A program made the translations under genes and the position numbers. A DNA stretch of 62,246 nt, counting the filler. It is 4 parts of 4 records of this genome, joined end to end, with 100 filler letters (N's around TTAATTAATTAA, not from the genome) between each part and the next. Parts side by side here need not be neighbours in the genome. Positions count along the whole stretch, not along the records: positions 38,468 to 54,577 come from SRR31147125_4562; 3 more parts are not named here. One strand, 5' to 3'. Positions 45,744 to 53,573 of the stretch are shown piece by piece (the stretch's first letter is position 1; the number at the start of each line of letters is the position of its first letter). The notes below the pieces were generated by a model. It searched no databases and had not been told where the DNA came from. It saw only the letters and a list, made by a program, of their open reading frames with translations.

Positions 45744-46074
45744 TTGCTATTTGTCCGTGAGTTACTATGATATATCAACCATGAAGGGAGGTGATCGCCA
45801 TGACCAAGCTTACGTCTTGGCTTATAGGTAATCACTCCCAGGCCACGTTATAATTCGGCATTCCGACTGACGGCGGAATATATGTGTCCACTGAAGGAGT
45901 CTAAAGAATTCAGAGGCACTGTTAGCCGAAACGGTGGTGGCCGGAACACTTAATTCGGTGCTCCCTTCTCCATGGCCGGACATGGTAAGGCAAGGTTATG
46001 GGATAGCCAAAGGAACAAAGAAACCCATAAAGCCGTCAGATCAGGGACCGCCCATTGTGGCGGTTTCTGTTTTT
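45744..46074 (+). ncRNA. Candidate structured RNA / small-peptide transcription unit
   Basis: TTGCTA-16-TATGAT; SD GGGAGGTGA + 17-aa ORF 45800-45853; several stems; terminal hairpin followed by a U-rich tract. Confidence 0.4.
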
Positions 46075-46407
46075 GTTGTCATCACCATCTCCAACTATAA
46101 ACTGTATCGCTGAATCGATGGCTTTAATTTTGTCGGCCCAGAATTCACAAGAACAGTCCCACCATCCACGGTAATCTTTCAACGATTCAATTATGATTTC
46201 TCGATGCTCATTAGTGGTTTGGGATCTTGGGATTAAATCGAAAAGCGCCGCCAAAGTATCTTTAGTAATAGGGAAAACCACAAATTCTTCGTGCTTTGAA
46301 ACCTCATCATCAACTATTTGCCATGCTGTTCCAATGTTTTTAGCCTCAAACCTATGCGAACTGACACCGCCTGTTAAATTGCATACACGCACTGAACCAA
46401 ATTTCAT
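46036..46407 (-). CDS. Hypothetical protein
   Basis: GGAGGT SD preceded by a 15-bp hairpin. Confidence 0.65.
   Translation of the reverse strand: MKFGSVRVCNLTGGVSSHRFEAKNIGTAWQIVDDEVSKHEEFVVFPITKDTLAALFDLIPRSQTTNEHREIIIESLKDYRGWWDCSCEFWADKIKAIDSAIQFIVGDGDDNKNRNRHNGRSLI
46047..46074 (+). terminator. Intrinsic terminator
   Basis: ACCGCC-cattgt-GGCGGT-TTCTGTTTTT. Confidence 0.55.
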
Positions 46408-46691
46408 TGTTTCTGACCTCCGAGGGCTTTTCCCTCACTAAACAGGGAAAAGCTCTCGATATGGCAATGTGAGGTGGATATTTTTGCGAATTGAAATGAT
46501 CAAGATTGTTGCCGTCTGGATGGAAAAAAGTTATACGAACGGAGCTAAAAAAGGCGGGATATTGCGGGTTTTTAGTGGTAGAACGGACTCGAATCCGTAC
46601 GCCTATCCTTCTAATGCGTTGTTATAATAGAATAAACTTGCCATCTATTTGGTTTGCAAAAAGTTATACATAGGTTATATCTCACTTTTCC

Positions 46692-46734
46692 AATAACAAA
46701 GGGCCACAGAATTGATCTGTAACCCTTTGTTATT
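46692..46734 (-). terminator. Hairpin downstream of the tRNA fragment
   Basis: AATAACAAAGGG...CCCTTTGTTATT 12-bp outer stem plus an inner ACAGA/TCTGT stem. Confidence 0.65.
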
Positions 46735-46743
46735 ACTGCTAAA

Positions 46744-46788
46744 TGGTACGCCCGATCCGATTCGAACGGATGACCTACGGATTCGAAG
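46744..46788 (-). tRNA. 3' half of tRNA-Arg(TCG) from the anticodon loop to CCA (partial, att-like)
   Basis: CTTCGAA-TCCGT-AGGTC-ATCCG-TTCGAAT-CGGAT-CGGGCGT-A-CCA; no pairing 5' anticodon stem, D-arm or 5' acceptor strand upstream. Confidence 0.85.
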
Positions 46789-46826
46789 ACTGGAACTCCC
46801 ATGATTCCAACACCCTCATTTCTTTA

Positions 46827-46839
46827 TAACTTATTGATA
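46827..46839 (-). promoter_or_regulatory. IHF consensus site next to the tRNA fragment
   Basis: TATCAATAAGTTA matches WATCAANNNNTTR. Confidence 0.5.
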
Positions 46840-47006
46840 TGGAAGAAGATATAGTTCTATTATTCTATTAATTATATCTGATTTTAGCAGATTTTAGCAA
46901 TTTTTTCCTCGAAAAGCACACACAGCAAAATCCTTCCCTTTTCCCCCGCACCCCCTTTACCCATCCTAACAATCCTATCGTCGATACTATCCTCTGAAAA
47001 ATCGAA

Positions 47007-47048
47007 ACCGAAATATATATAAAGGTGTATGTCATCTTTAATGACATA
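47007..47048 (+). promoter_or_regulatory. Archaeal-type BRE-TATA promoter (rightward) with an operator palindrome
   Basis: ACCGAAA-TATATATAAA (47007-47023); TATGTCAT-cttta-ATGACATA (47028-47048) over the expected transcription start. Confidence 0.7.
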
Positions 47049-47056
47049 TTGACAAA

Positions 47057-47224
47057 ATGGCAACTAAAAGACCAGCTCCAATTGATCGCAAGATTTATGA
47101 CGATTTTGCAACCGCAGTTGACCATGCTTATGGCCGGGAAAAGGGTGCATTAAGTAGGGAAGTTGAAATTGCGATCAAAGACCGTACCAGGATTTTAAAA
47201 GGTACGAAGCAGAAATCCAAATAA
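47057..47224 (+). CDS. Small ribbon-helix-helix-like regulator (55 aa, not in the ORF track)
   Basis: MATKRPAPIDRKIYDDFATAVDHAYGREKGALSREVEIAIKD...; the YG..KGALS..VE.AI pattern resembles archaeal CopG/RHH proteins. Confidence 0.7.
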   Translation: MATKRPAPIDRKIYDDFATAVDHAYGREKGALSREVEIAIKDRTRILKGTKQKSK

Positions 47225-47317
47225 TATCAGGGGACAAGCGCAAAAGACATTTTTCAACATCCACAGGCGAAACATGTTTTCTTTGCTCCTCCCCTGTTTA
47301 TTCCTCCACAAAAGCAG

Positions 47318-47530
47318 GTGATAAGCATAGAAAAGACCAGATTCAACCAAGCTCCGTATTCTATTTCCTATTCATATCCCGCTGATTCTTACATTTCACC
47401 TTCCTATCAATCTAATGATGATGCCGCATGGAACCCTATCCACCATGATATGACCCCTTTATTTAGTCAATCATTTCGCCACCTGCAGAGACAAGCGGCT
47501 TCATTACTAATCACGTTACAAAATGAATGA
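47318..47530 (+). CDS. Hypothetical protein
   Basis: Follows AGGTGA; overlaps the next start. Confidence 0.4.
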   Translation: MISIEKTRFNQAPYSISYSYPADSYISPSYQSNDDAAWNPIHHDMTPLFSQSFRHLQRQAASLLITLQNE

Positions 47531-47684
47531 AAACGAAACAAACGCAAGAATGGAATATCTCGATCAGGAGATCAAGAAAATTGAGAAACAGATCCAGCTC
47601 TTGCCTGAACTCGAACTCAGGCTTGTTGAGCTGAAAGTCGAAAAAAGGGAACTGGAAAAGGATGCAGATCTGGAAGTCATATGA
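47523..47684 (+). CDS. Small coiled-coil protein (53 aa, not in the ORF track)
   Basis: MNENETNARMEYLDQEIKKIEKQIQLLPELELRLVELKVEKRELE... Confidence 0.6.
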   Translation: MNENETNARMEYLDQEIKKIEKQIQLLPELELRLVELKVEKRELEKDADLEVI

Positions 47685-47776
47685 TTACAACCGGTTCCAT
47701 TGACACAGTGATGATCTGTTTAGGGATAGCTATGTCCTTGTATTGAGATTAAACAAAACTTTGAGGTGTATTATGA

Positions 47777-48022
47777 ATGGCAGAAGAAATCGTTGCAAAG
47801 ACAGGTGTGACAAAAGAACCAGGATATCTTTATTTTTTGAATAGGGATGGTCACGTGAGCAGGGTAAAAATGGCGAGACGTGGCGAAAAATCAGACAAGA
47901 AACAAGAAATTGTTGCTGAGGCAGGCGTCAAGAGAGAGCCGGGTTATCTGTATTTCATCACCAAAGATGGCGATGTCGGCAGAGGTCCAATGGCTCGGGG
48001 TAGGAAAAAGAAGGCTGCATGA
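47777..48022 (+). CDS. Small basic protein with an internal tandem repeat, probably nucleic-acid binding
   Basis: Two copies of EIVA..GV..EPGYLYF...DG.V.R..MAR; GAGGTG SD; K/R-rich tail. Confidence 0.85.
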   Translation: MAEEIVAKTGVTKEPGYLYFLNRDGHVSRVKMARRGEKSDKKQEIVAEAGVKREPGYLYFITKDGDVGRGPMARGRKKKAA

Positions 48023-48031
48023 TAAGGTGAT

Positions 48032-48154
48032 ATGATGTCAGAATTCCTCCCGGCAAACACAATAGGGATGGTGAGCTTGTGCGTCTTCGGATGCACCTGC
48101 ATCATCTTGTCAAGCGTTGCTGCAAGAATGAAAAACCAGGCTCAGTACGGGTGA
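48032..48154 (+). CDS. Small 1-TM protein (40 aa, not in the ORF track)
   Basis: AAGGTGA SD; hydrophobic core; stop inside the next SD. Confidence 0.55.
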   Translation: MMSEFLPANTIGMVSLCVFGCTCIILSSVAARMKNQAQYG

Positions 48155-48405
48155 TAACCATTCCAAAAAGAATAAATCTTATCAAGCCCGCCCTTAAAAC
48201 GGCGGGTTCGCTTTTTTCGCCGGACTTGATCCGCTGGGATTATAGGTATGCGAAAGCTAACAGGCTTGTCCCGGTGTTCCTCTGTGAAGAATGCAGAGTT
48301 AAATTCAAAACGTTGCAGCGTGTCAGGCAAAGATGGGTCTATCGGATATTGTTTCTGCTGTCGTTTGTTGCAGGCGGTTATCTGACAATCATTAAATTCA
48401 TATGA
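48151..48405 (+). CDS. Small protein with CxxC and a C-terminal TM (start GTG 48151 or ATT 48160)
   Basis: LCEEC and C-terminal hydrophobic helix; the ORF-track start 48079 probably over-extends it. Confidence 0.6.
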   Translation: MITIPKRINLIKPALKTAGSLFSPDLIRWDYRYAKANRLVPVFLCEECRVKFKTLQRVRQRWVYRILFLLSFVAGGYLTIIKFI

Positions 48406-48416
48406 GGTGTTAAATA

Positions 48417-48641
48417 ATGGGAATCAGCAAATTTATCGGGCTTGAAGTGATCCTTGCAGTATTGCTTGGAGTATCAGCCATTCCAAAGACGAATCTGTTC
48501 TTCGAGATCACAAAAGCGCAGATCATAATTGTTATAGGTGTCATGTTCATTACGCATTGGATCGAAGCTTGGCTTGAAACGAGGAAACCGTCATCTGAAT
48601 CAGCTGATGATTCAGGAATCGACAATTATTTTAAGAGGTAA
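48417..48641 (+). CDS. Small 2-TM membrane protein
   Basis: GAGGTG SD; two hydrophobic helices. Confidence 0.75.
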   Translation: MGISKFIGLEVILAVLLGVSAIPKTNLFFEITKAQIIIVIGVMFITHWIEAWLETRKPSSESADDSGIDNYFKR

Positions 48642-48647
48642 ATTTAT

Positions 48648-48785
48648 ATGGGATATCAGGATTTAACGGATGCTAACGGCGATTTCATTGGCGAGACATA
48701 TCTACCTGACGAATGGGAAGATGATGAACCGATGATTAATGATCGCACTGAAGACTGCATCTCTGAAGATGAACTTGAATATTGA
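48648..48785 (+). CDS. Small highly acidic protein (45 aa, not in the ORF track)
   Basis: GAGGT SD; MGYQDLTDANGDFIGETYLPDEWEDDEP... Confidence 0.6.
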   Translation: MGYQDLTDANGDFIGETYLPDEWEDDEPMINDRTEDCISEDELEY

Positions 48786-48787
48786 AA

Positions 48788-49428
48788 ATGGGCTTGGATC
48801 TGGGAACTGCGCTTGTAATGGTCGCTTTGTTAATAGGCGGCTTCGGCTTTTTGGCTTTATTAGTCCATTCAGATCGAAACAAACCGGAAAAAAGCAGAAC
48901 CCTATCATGAATGCGCTCGTGCTTACCATCATTGTTGTTGTCATGATGACATACCTGACGGTCGTGGGCGTGTTATCGATGGAATTTTGGCGTAAGCATT
49001 GGTATGCTGTTATCATCATTTTTGCGATCATCTTTTTTGTGACTCTTAGCAGGGTGATGATGAAAAGGAATGAGTTCCCTCCGATGGAATTGTATAAGAC
49101 AGCTGTCCGGGATTCACAAGATTTCCTTAACATGAAACTTATGAAAAGTGCTGCCGATATTAATCCATTTCAGCAATACACTACGACGAATGAAGGCAGC
49201 TATAAAATGGCCTGCTTCAATATAATATTTGAAGACGGAAGCGAATGGATAGTCAAAGTTGATTCAAAGGAAAATGTGTTGAGATATCTTGTGTTTTCAA
49301 AATATGTATTGAAAGAAGATCTCGCAAGGCGTCCGGCAGCACCGTATGACAATAATCAGCAAAAAGTCATCGAAGAAGACGGTCTTGAGATGACACAACA
49401 ACAAGATGAACAATCATCAAACGAATGA
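48788..49428 (+). CDS. Membrane protein(s): a 40-aa 1-TM ORF 48788-48910 plus a 2-TM ORF 48907-49428, or one 3-TM protein frameshifted at 48888-48893
   Basis: Hydrophobic helices; both an ATGA overlap and an A6 run are present. Confidence 0.6.
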
Positions 49429-50090
49429 AAATGAAAATAGTTCAGATAGTCCGGAAACTTTTCAGGAAAAAGGCAGCAAAGGAGCCACTTATATCATTGT
49501 CAAATCACCGTCATCGTACAAAGAGTTCATGTCAATTGTACAAGCAATATCTGAAGAAAGAGATCGAAAAGGATCAGGAGCACAGGTCAAGCTTAAAGAA
49601 CTTCGAGCAGGGAACAATAACAGCAGGTTCTACAAAGCCATCTCATTTTTCGAGACGATTGAAAACTGCATCAAATCGCTTGATAAAAGGCTCATCCATG
49701 AACCTGACAAGAAATTTAGGGAATGGAACTTCAGAATCTTCGGTAAAGGAGATCGGCAAGATCAGGGCATATTTAATTTTGGCACGCAAATGGATGACAG
49801 AACAGGTTATGCTGTTAAAACTCTCGGACTTAAAGACGCTGTTCATGTTGTACATTGTGATCCAGATAGCATTGTTATTCTGGATAGCGGTTGCCCAGGA
49901 TGCGCAGACAACATTAGTGATCACAAATCAAACGTATGAATATGAGATGGCAAGGCTGCATTACAGCAATCATCAGGAATGGTACACAGCTGCTATCAGA
50001 GTATATCTGGTTGTTTGCATGCTTATCATGAATCATTGCAGAGTAAGGCTTCCGCAAGCGAACTTCAGTATAAAGAAAAAAGTGATATGA
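49406..50090 (+). CDS. Hypothetical protein(s): overlapping frames 49406-49939 (soluble) and 49425-50090 (C-terminal 2 TM)
   Basis: Two long same-strand open frames; TM helices are in the 3' part of the second. Confidence 0.5.
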
Positions 50091-50846
50091 ATGGGAATGA
50101 ATCTCGACGCAAAAACAATACTGGTAATGTTATTATTTTTCGGACCGCCGATAATTATGATTGTGATGGCTTTCAAGCAGCCGTTTTTTTATCCTATTGC
50201 GCATATCATGAACTTCCTTCTTGCTGTAATCTGCTATATCACTGCGAAAGGTACAGTTTTCAATAATCAGCTTGTCAGACCGTCTCCTATCATTTACGAC
50301 ATGGTGGGAATACCCGGAAGACGTATATATACTGAAGATTCTCATTCAGGCAAGAAAAGGGTCTTGATTGCATTGAATATTGAATACGTGAAAGCAGGTA
50401 AAGAGGAAAAAAGAAGCGGTTGGGAAGCGTTGAGTGATTTCATATCCGCAACAAGGGTCGTTGAAGTCATTGACTCCGGTGACAAGTTCATCGATATCCC
50501 TATCTCTGAAGGCGGGCCTCCCGAAGGGGCAAGCATCTACGCAGGAAAATTTTTCGGCGGAACAATCCCGGAAAAAAGCTTTCTTGAAGCTGCGACAATC
50601 ACAAAACTTGATTCATTGGTCAAGAAACAGACAAATTATGAGACTGCGCTTAAGCGGCTTTATACGCAGATCTCAACTCTTACCAGGGAATCTGATTTCA
50701 CTGATGCAGGGAAACGTGACAAGATCCAGGAGCTTGTTGAAGATTTCGGCAGGCAGGCTAAGGTTGCACTGCCAAGCCGCATGAATCGTATGCCTGGTAA
50801 TAATAATCAAAGAGGTGATCCAAATTACCCAAACCAATCATATTGA
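50091..50846 (+). CDS. Membrane protein (2 N-terminal TM, C-terminal helical domain)
   Basis: Hydropathy; directly coupled to its neighbours. Confidence 0.75.
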   Translation: MGMNLDAKTILVMLLFFGPPIIMIVMAFKQPFFYPIAHIMNFLLAVICYITAKGTVFNNQLVRPSPIIYDMVGIPGRRIYTEDSHSGKKRVLIALNIEYVKAGKEEKRSGWEALSDFISATRVVEVIDSGDKFIDIPISEGGPPEGASIYAGKFFGGTIPEKSFLEAATITKLDSLVKKQTNYETALKRLYTQISTLTRESDFTDAGKRDKIQELVEDFGRQAKVALPSRMNRMPGNNNQRGDPNYPNQSY

Positions 50847-51725
50847 AGAGCAGGATAAGAAATTAAAAGAACAGGAAAACAATGATGAAGAGGATGCAGT
50901 AACATCTGAAAAGGTTGGTGACGACGATTATAATCCCGAAATCATCCTAAAAGACATATTCCTTGATAATGCAAACGATCTAACTAATGTACAGCTTCAA
51001 TTGAAAGAGGTTGTTGATAAGATTCGGGCAATCGATGATGAAGATACGGATTACGGCAAAGGCTGCATCAATTTTTCATGTCCGCATCAGAGGAAAAGCA
51101 GTTTGTTTGATTCGCTTATTGATGCAATCAAGAAAAATGAAAATGCTCTCATGCTTGAGATTGCAGCATTGAGGTCACAGATAAGCAGCAAGCTTTCAAC
51201 AGAAGATCTGAAGGTTATCGCTACAAAAATTGAAGAAAATAAAAAAATCAAGGAACTTTACGCAAAGATAAAGATATATCATGGAAACAATGAAAGCCTG
51301 AAAAAAGATAAATGCAAACTGAAAGGCAGGATTAGTACTCTTACTGCAAAAGTGCATTTCAAGGAAAAATGGGAGCGTGATGACGAGTATCAAAAAATCC
51401 TGCAAAAGATAAAGGACAGGGCGAGGATCTCAGAAAAGTGTCTAATGAAGTCCATAATAAGAGGCAGGATGTGAAAGCTTTGAATTATAATATTAGAAGG
51501 CTCACTGAACAGGAAAAAGTTTTCAAAAGCACTAATCAGAGGATGCTTTCAGATCTTGAAAAGACAGGCATTTTACTTGAGAATAAACAGAAAGAGCTTG
51601 CCAAAATTGAGGCAAAGATAGCGATGGAATCAAGGAAAATTGTTGGCATAAAGAAGAGAACCCATGAACAGGATCTTCCGCAAAAGAAGACTGAATCTAA
51701 AGGACTGTTCTGGCAGAAAAAGTGA
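50815..51725 (+). CDS. Coiled-coil protein, probably one gene frameshifted at 51434-51437
   Basis: Heptad-rich K/E sequence; one added A gives RARISEKVSNEVHNKRQDVK... Confidence 0.6.
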
Positions 51726-51750
51726 GAATTATAAGAGACCCATATGAAGA

Positions 51751-52197
51751 ATGAAATCCACATTGATGGCACTTCTTGCCAAGTATAATAATGAACTCTC
51801 GCTTATAAATAAAGTCAAGTCTATCGATGAGGATGGCAATGAGAGAGTGTACATCAAAAGGACATCTGAACTTCTCGGCATAACCACATACGGCAAACCC
51901 GATGATAACAAGACTGAAAAATTTTTGAAAAAAGAAAAGGTCAGGGTTGCAGAACAGATATTCAAGATAACAAAAGAGTTTGTCATTGTTGAATCTAAAC
52001 TAAAACGACTTCCTCTGTCACTTCCGCATTACCTTTCCACGCCTGACCAGATCGTTGACTGGTGTTTGAACATGCTTCTTTCCTATAAGGTTTTATCGCT
52101 TCATGAGATCAATCATCTATTATATAATGTCGATAAGGAAGGTGCTATTCTCGGTGTCAGGAAAATCAAACCGAAATCCAGTGAATCATCAAATTAA
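51751..52197 (+). CDS. Hypothetical protein
   Basis: 148-aa ORF in the operon before the ATPase. Confidence 0.7.
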   Translation: MKSTLMALLAKYNNELSLINKVKSIDEDGNERVYIKRTSELLGITTYGKPDDNKTEKFLKKEKVRVAEQIFKITKEFVIVESKLKRLPLSLPHYLSTPDQIVDWCLNMLLSYKVLSLHEINHLLYNVDKEGAILGVRKIKPKSSESSN

Positions 52198-52317
52198 TCA
52201 TTGATAATATCAAGAAATCATCAAATCAAAAAATCATCATTAAAACTGCAGTAATTAAGTTTTAAGTTTAAAAGAATCATATCAAAATTTTTAAAAATTT
52301 ATCGAACGCGTAGGAAT

Positions 52318-53571
52318 ATGGCAAAACGAATAAACCGCTTCCATGGAAACAATGCAATCAAAACCTATAACCCGCATGTTATGATAGTCGGAAAATCAGG
52401 ATCAGGAAAATCAAACACAGGCTCCTACGTGCTTACTGAAGAATGGCGGAAAGGCAAGAAATGCTTTGATCTGATTGATAACGGCAGGTTTGAGAACGCA
52501 ACATACAGCATGAAGGAAAGTGACCCGTTCATGTGCAAGCTCATCAAACAGATCTATAATGGGGTTCGATCACCTCAAGCGTTTCCGTCTGAGGTTGTCC
52601 TTGTGAAAGGGAGGCGGCTTGAGTTCCTGAAAAACATGCTTCTTCCGAGGAATATGGATATAAGGACTCTTGACCCTGATACTGTAAAGGTGGATGATAT
52701 CATTGAGTTTATAGCAACAACCGACCCCTCCAAGCAATTGGCGTTTTACATCGCAGATAAGTATCCTAAAGCAAATATCCAGCAATTCCTTGAAATCTTA
52801 GACCAGGAGCACATGCTTCCGGAACGTACCCATCCGATGGCACTTGCAACCCTGAAAAGGAATACCAAGAATCTCATTAATTCAGGCATGTTTGATGATG
52901 ATTTTCCGAGGATAGATCTCAGGGCAATGATAAAGGACGATGAGAATATTACCAGTTTTTGCACTTGGCTACTCGGTGAAGAGGATCATGAGGCAATCTT
53001 TTACGGCTTGATTTTAAAGTTAATCGTCCGGGAAAAAATGCAGCTGAAGGCTGAGATGGGTAGTGATATCGAGAAAGATCCGCATCCGCTGGCGGTGTAT
53101 ATCCGGGAAGTCCATAAATTTTTCGGTAAGCACGTGTCCCAATATTATAAGTTTGCCCAGAGAGAGCTATTAAGATGTATTCGGGAAGGTCGGGATTTCA
53201 AGATCAAGATCATCTGTGATACCCAGAAATATACAGACCTGGAAGGTCCATTCCGGGCGCAGTTCGCATTGACCATCAACATGAACGTCGACAAGAGCGA
53301 AGCTGAGAAACTTAAAGATATCAAAGGTCTTCCTCCTGAAATCGTCGCTGAGATACCTAAACTCAAGAAAGGCTGGGCGATTATCATCGATTCAGAGACT
53401 TTTCATTATCCGGCATTGTTCATACCGGCGCTGCATCACCATAAGAGAGAGGGCGAAAATATCTTCAAGCTGCTCGGTGGGAAGTTCGGGTTCAAGACTG
53501 TCGATGATTGCATGGTAGAGGCAAAAGAGAAATCAAATGTTGATGATAAAGGGCGACCTATCACAGTATAA
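52318..53571 (+). CDS. P-loop ATPase of the HerA/FtsK/VirB4/viral packaging class
   Basis: Walker A GKSGSGKS; Walker B-like AVYIREVH; IREGR arginine motif; hhhhTQ sensor IICDTQ; FRAQF. Confidence 0.8.
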   Translation: MAKRINRFHGNNAIKTYNPHVMIVGKSGSGKSNTGSYVLTEEWRKGKKCFDLIDNGRFENATYSMKESDPFMCKLIKQIYNGVRSPQAFPSEVVLVKGRRLEFLKNMLLPRNMDIRTLDPDTVKVDDIIEFIATTDPSKQLAFYIADKYPKANIQQFLEILDQEHMLPERTHPMALATLKRNTKNLINSGMFDDDFPRIDLRAMIKDDENITSFCTWLLGEEDHEAIFYGLILKLIVREKMQLKAEMGSDIEKDPHPLAVYIREVHKFFGKHVSQYYKFAQRELLRCIREGRDFKIKIICDTQKYTDLEGPFRAQFALTINMNVDKSEAEKLKDIKGLPPEIVAEIPKLKKGWAIIIDSETFHYPALFIPALHHHKREGENIFKLLGGKFGFKTVDDCMVEAKEKSNVDDKGRPITV

Positions 53572-53573
53572 AA

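Noticed and set aside
45880-45945. Hammerhead ribozyme (CTGA...GAGGC-loop-GCC-GAAAC)
   Set aside because: The core reads CTGAAGG rather than CTGANGA, and no convincing stem I/III with a UH cleavage triplet forms
45744-46074. Retron msr-msd, tmRNA, 6S RNA, or a glycine/c-di-GMP riboswitch
   Set aside because: There is no reverse transcriptase nearby and no tRNA-like end; only fragmentary motif matches
46576-46605. Second tRNA-like piece (minus strand ACGGA-TTCGAG-TCCGT-TCTACCA)
   Set aside because: The T-loop geometry is wrong (no G53, 6-nt loop), the acceptor strand is too short and there are no other arms
46744-46830. Full-length or intron-containing tRNA-Arg gene
   Set aside because: The upstream sequence cannot supply the anticodon stem, D-arm or 5' acceptor strand, and no BHB motif is visible
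47777-48022. Assignment to Cren7, CC1, Alba or histone families
   Set aside because: The sequence pattern does not match those families as I know them; left unassigned
48739-48906. N-terminal extension of the 229-aa ORF
   Set aside because: It overlaps two better-supported small ORFs (48648-48785 and 48788-48910)
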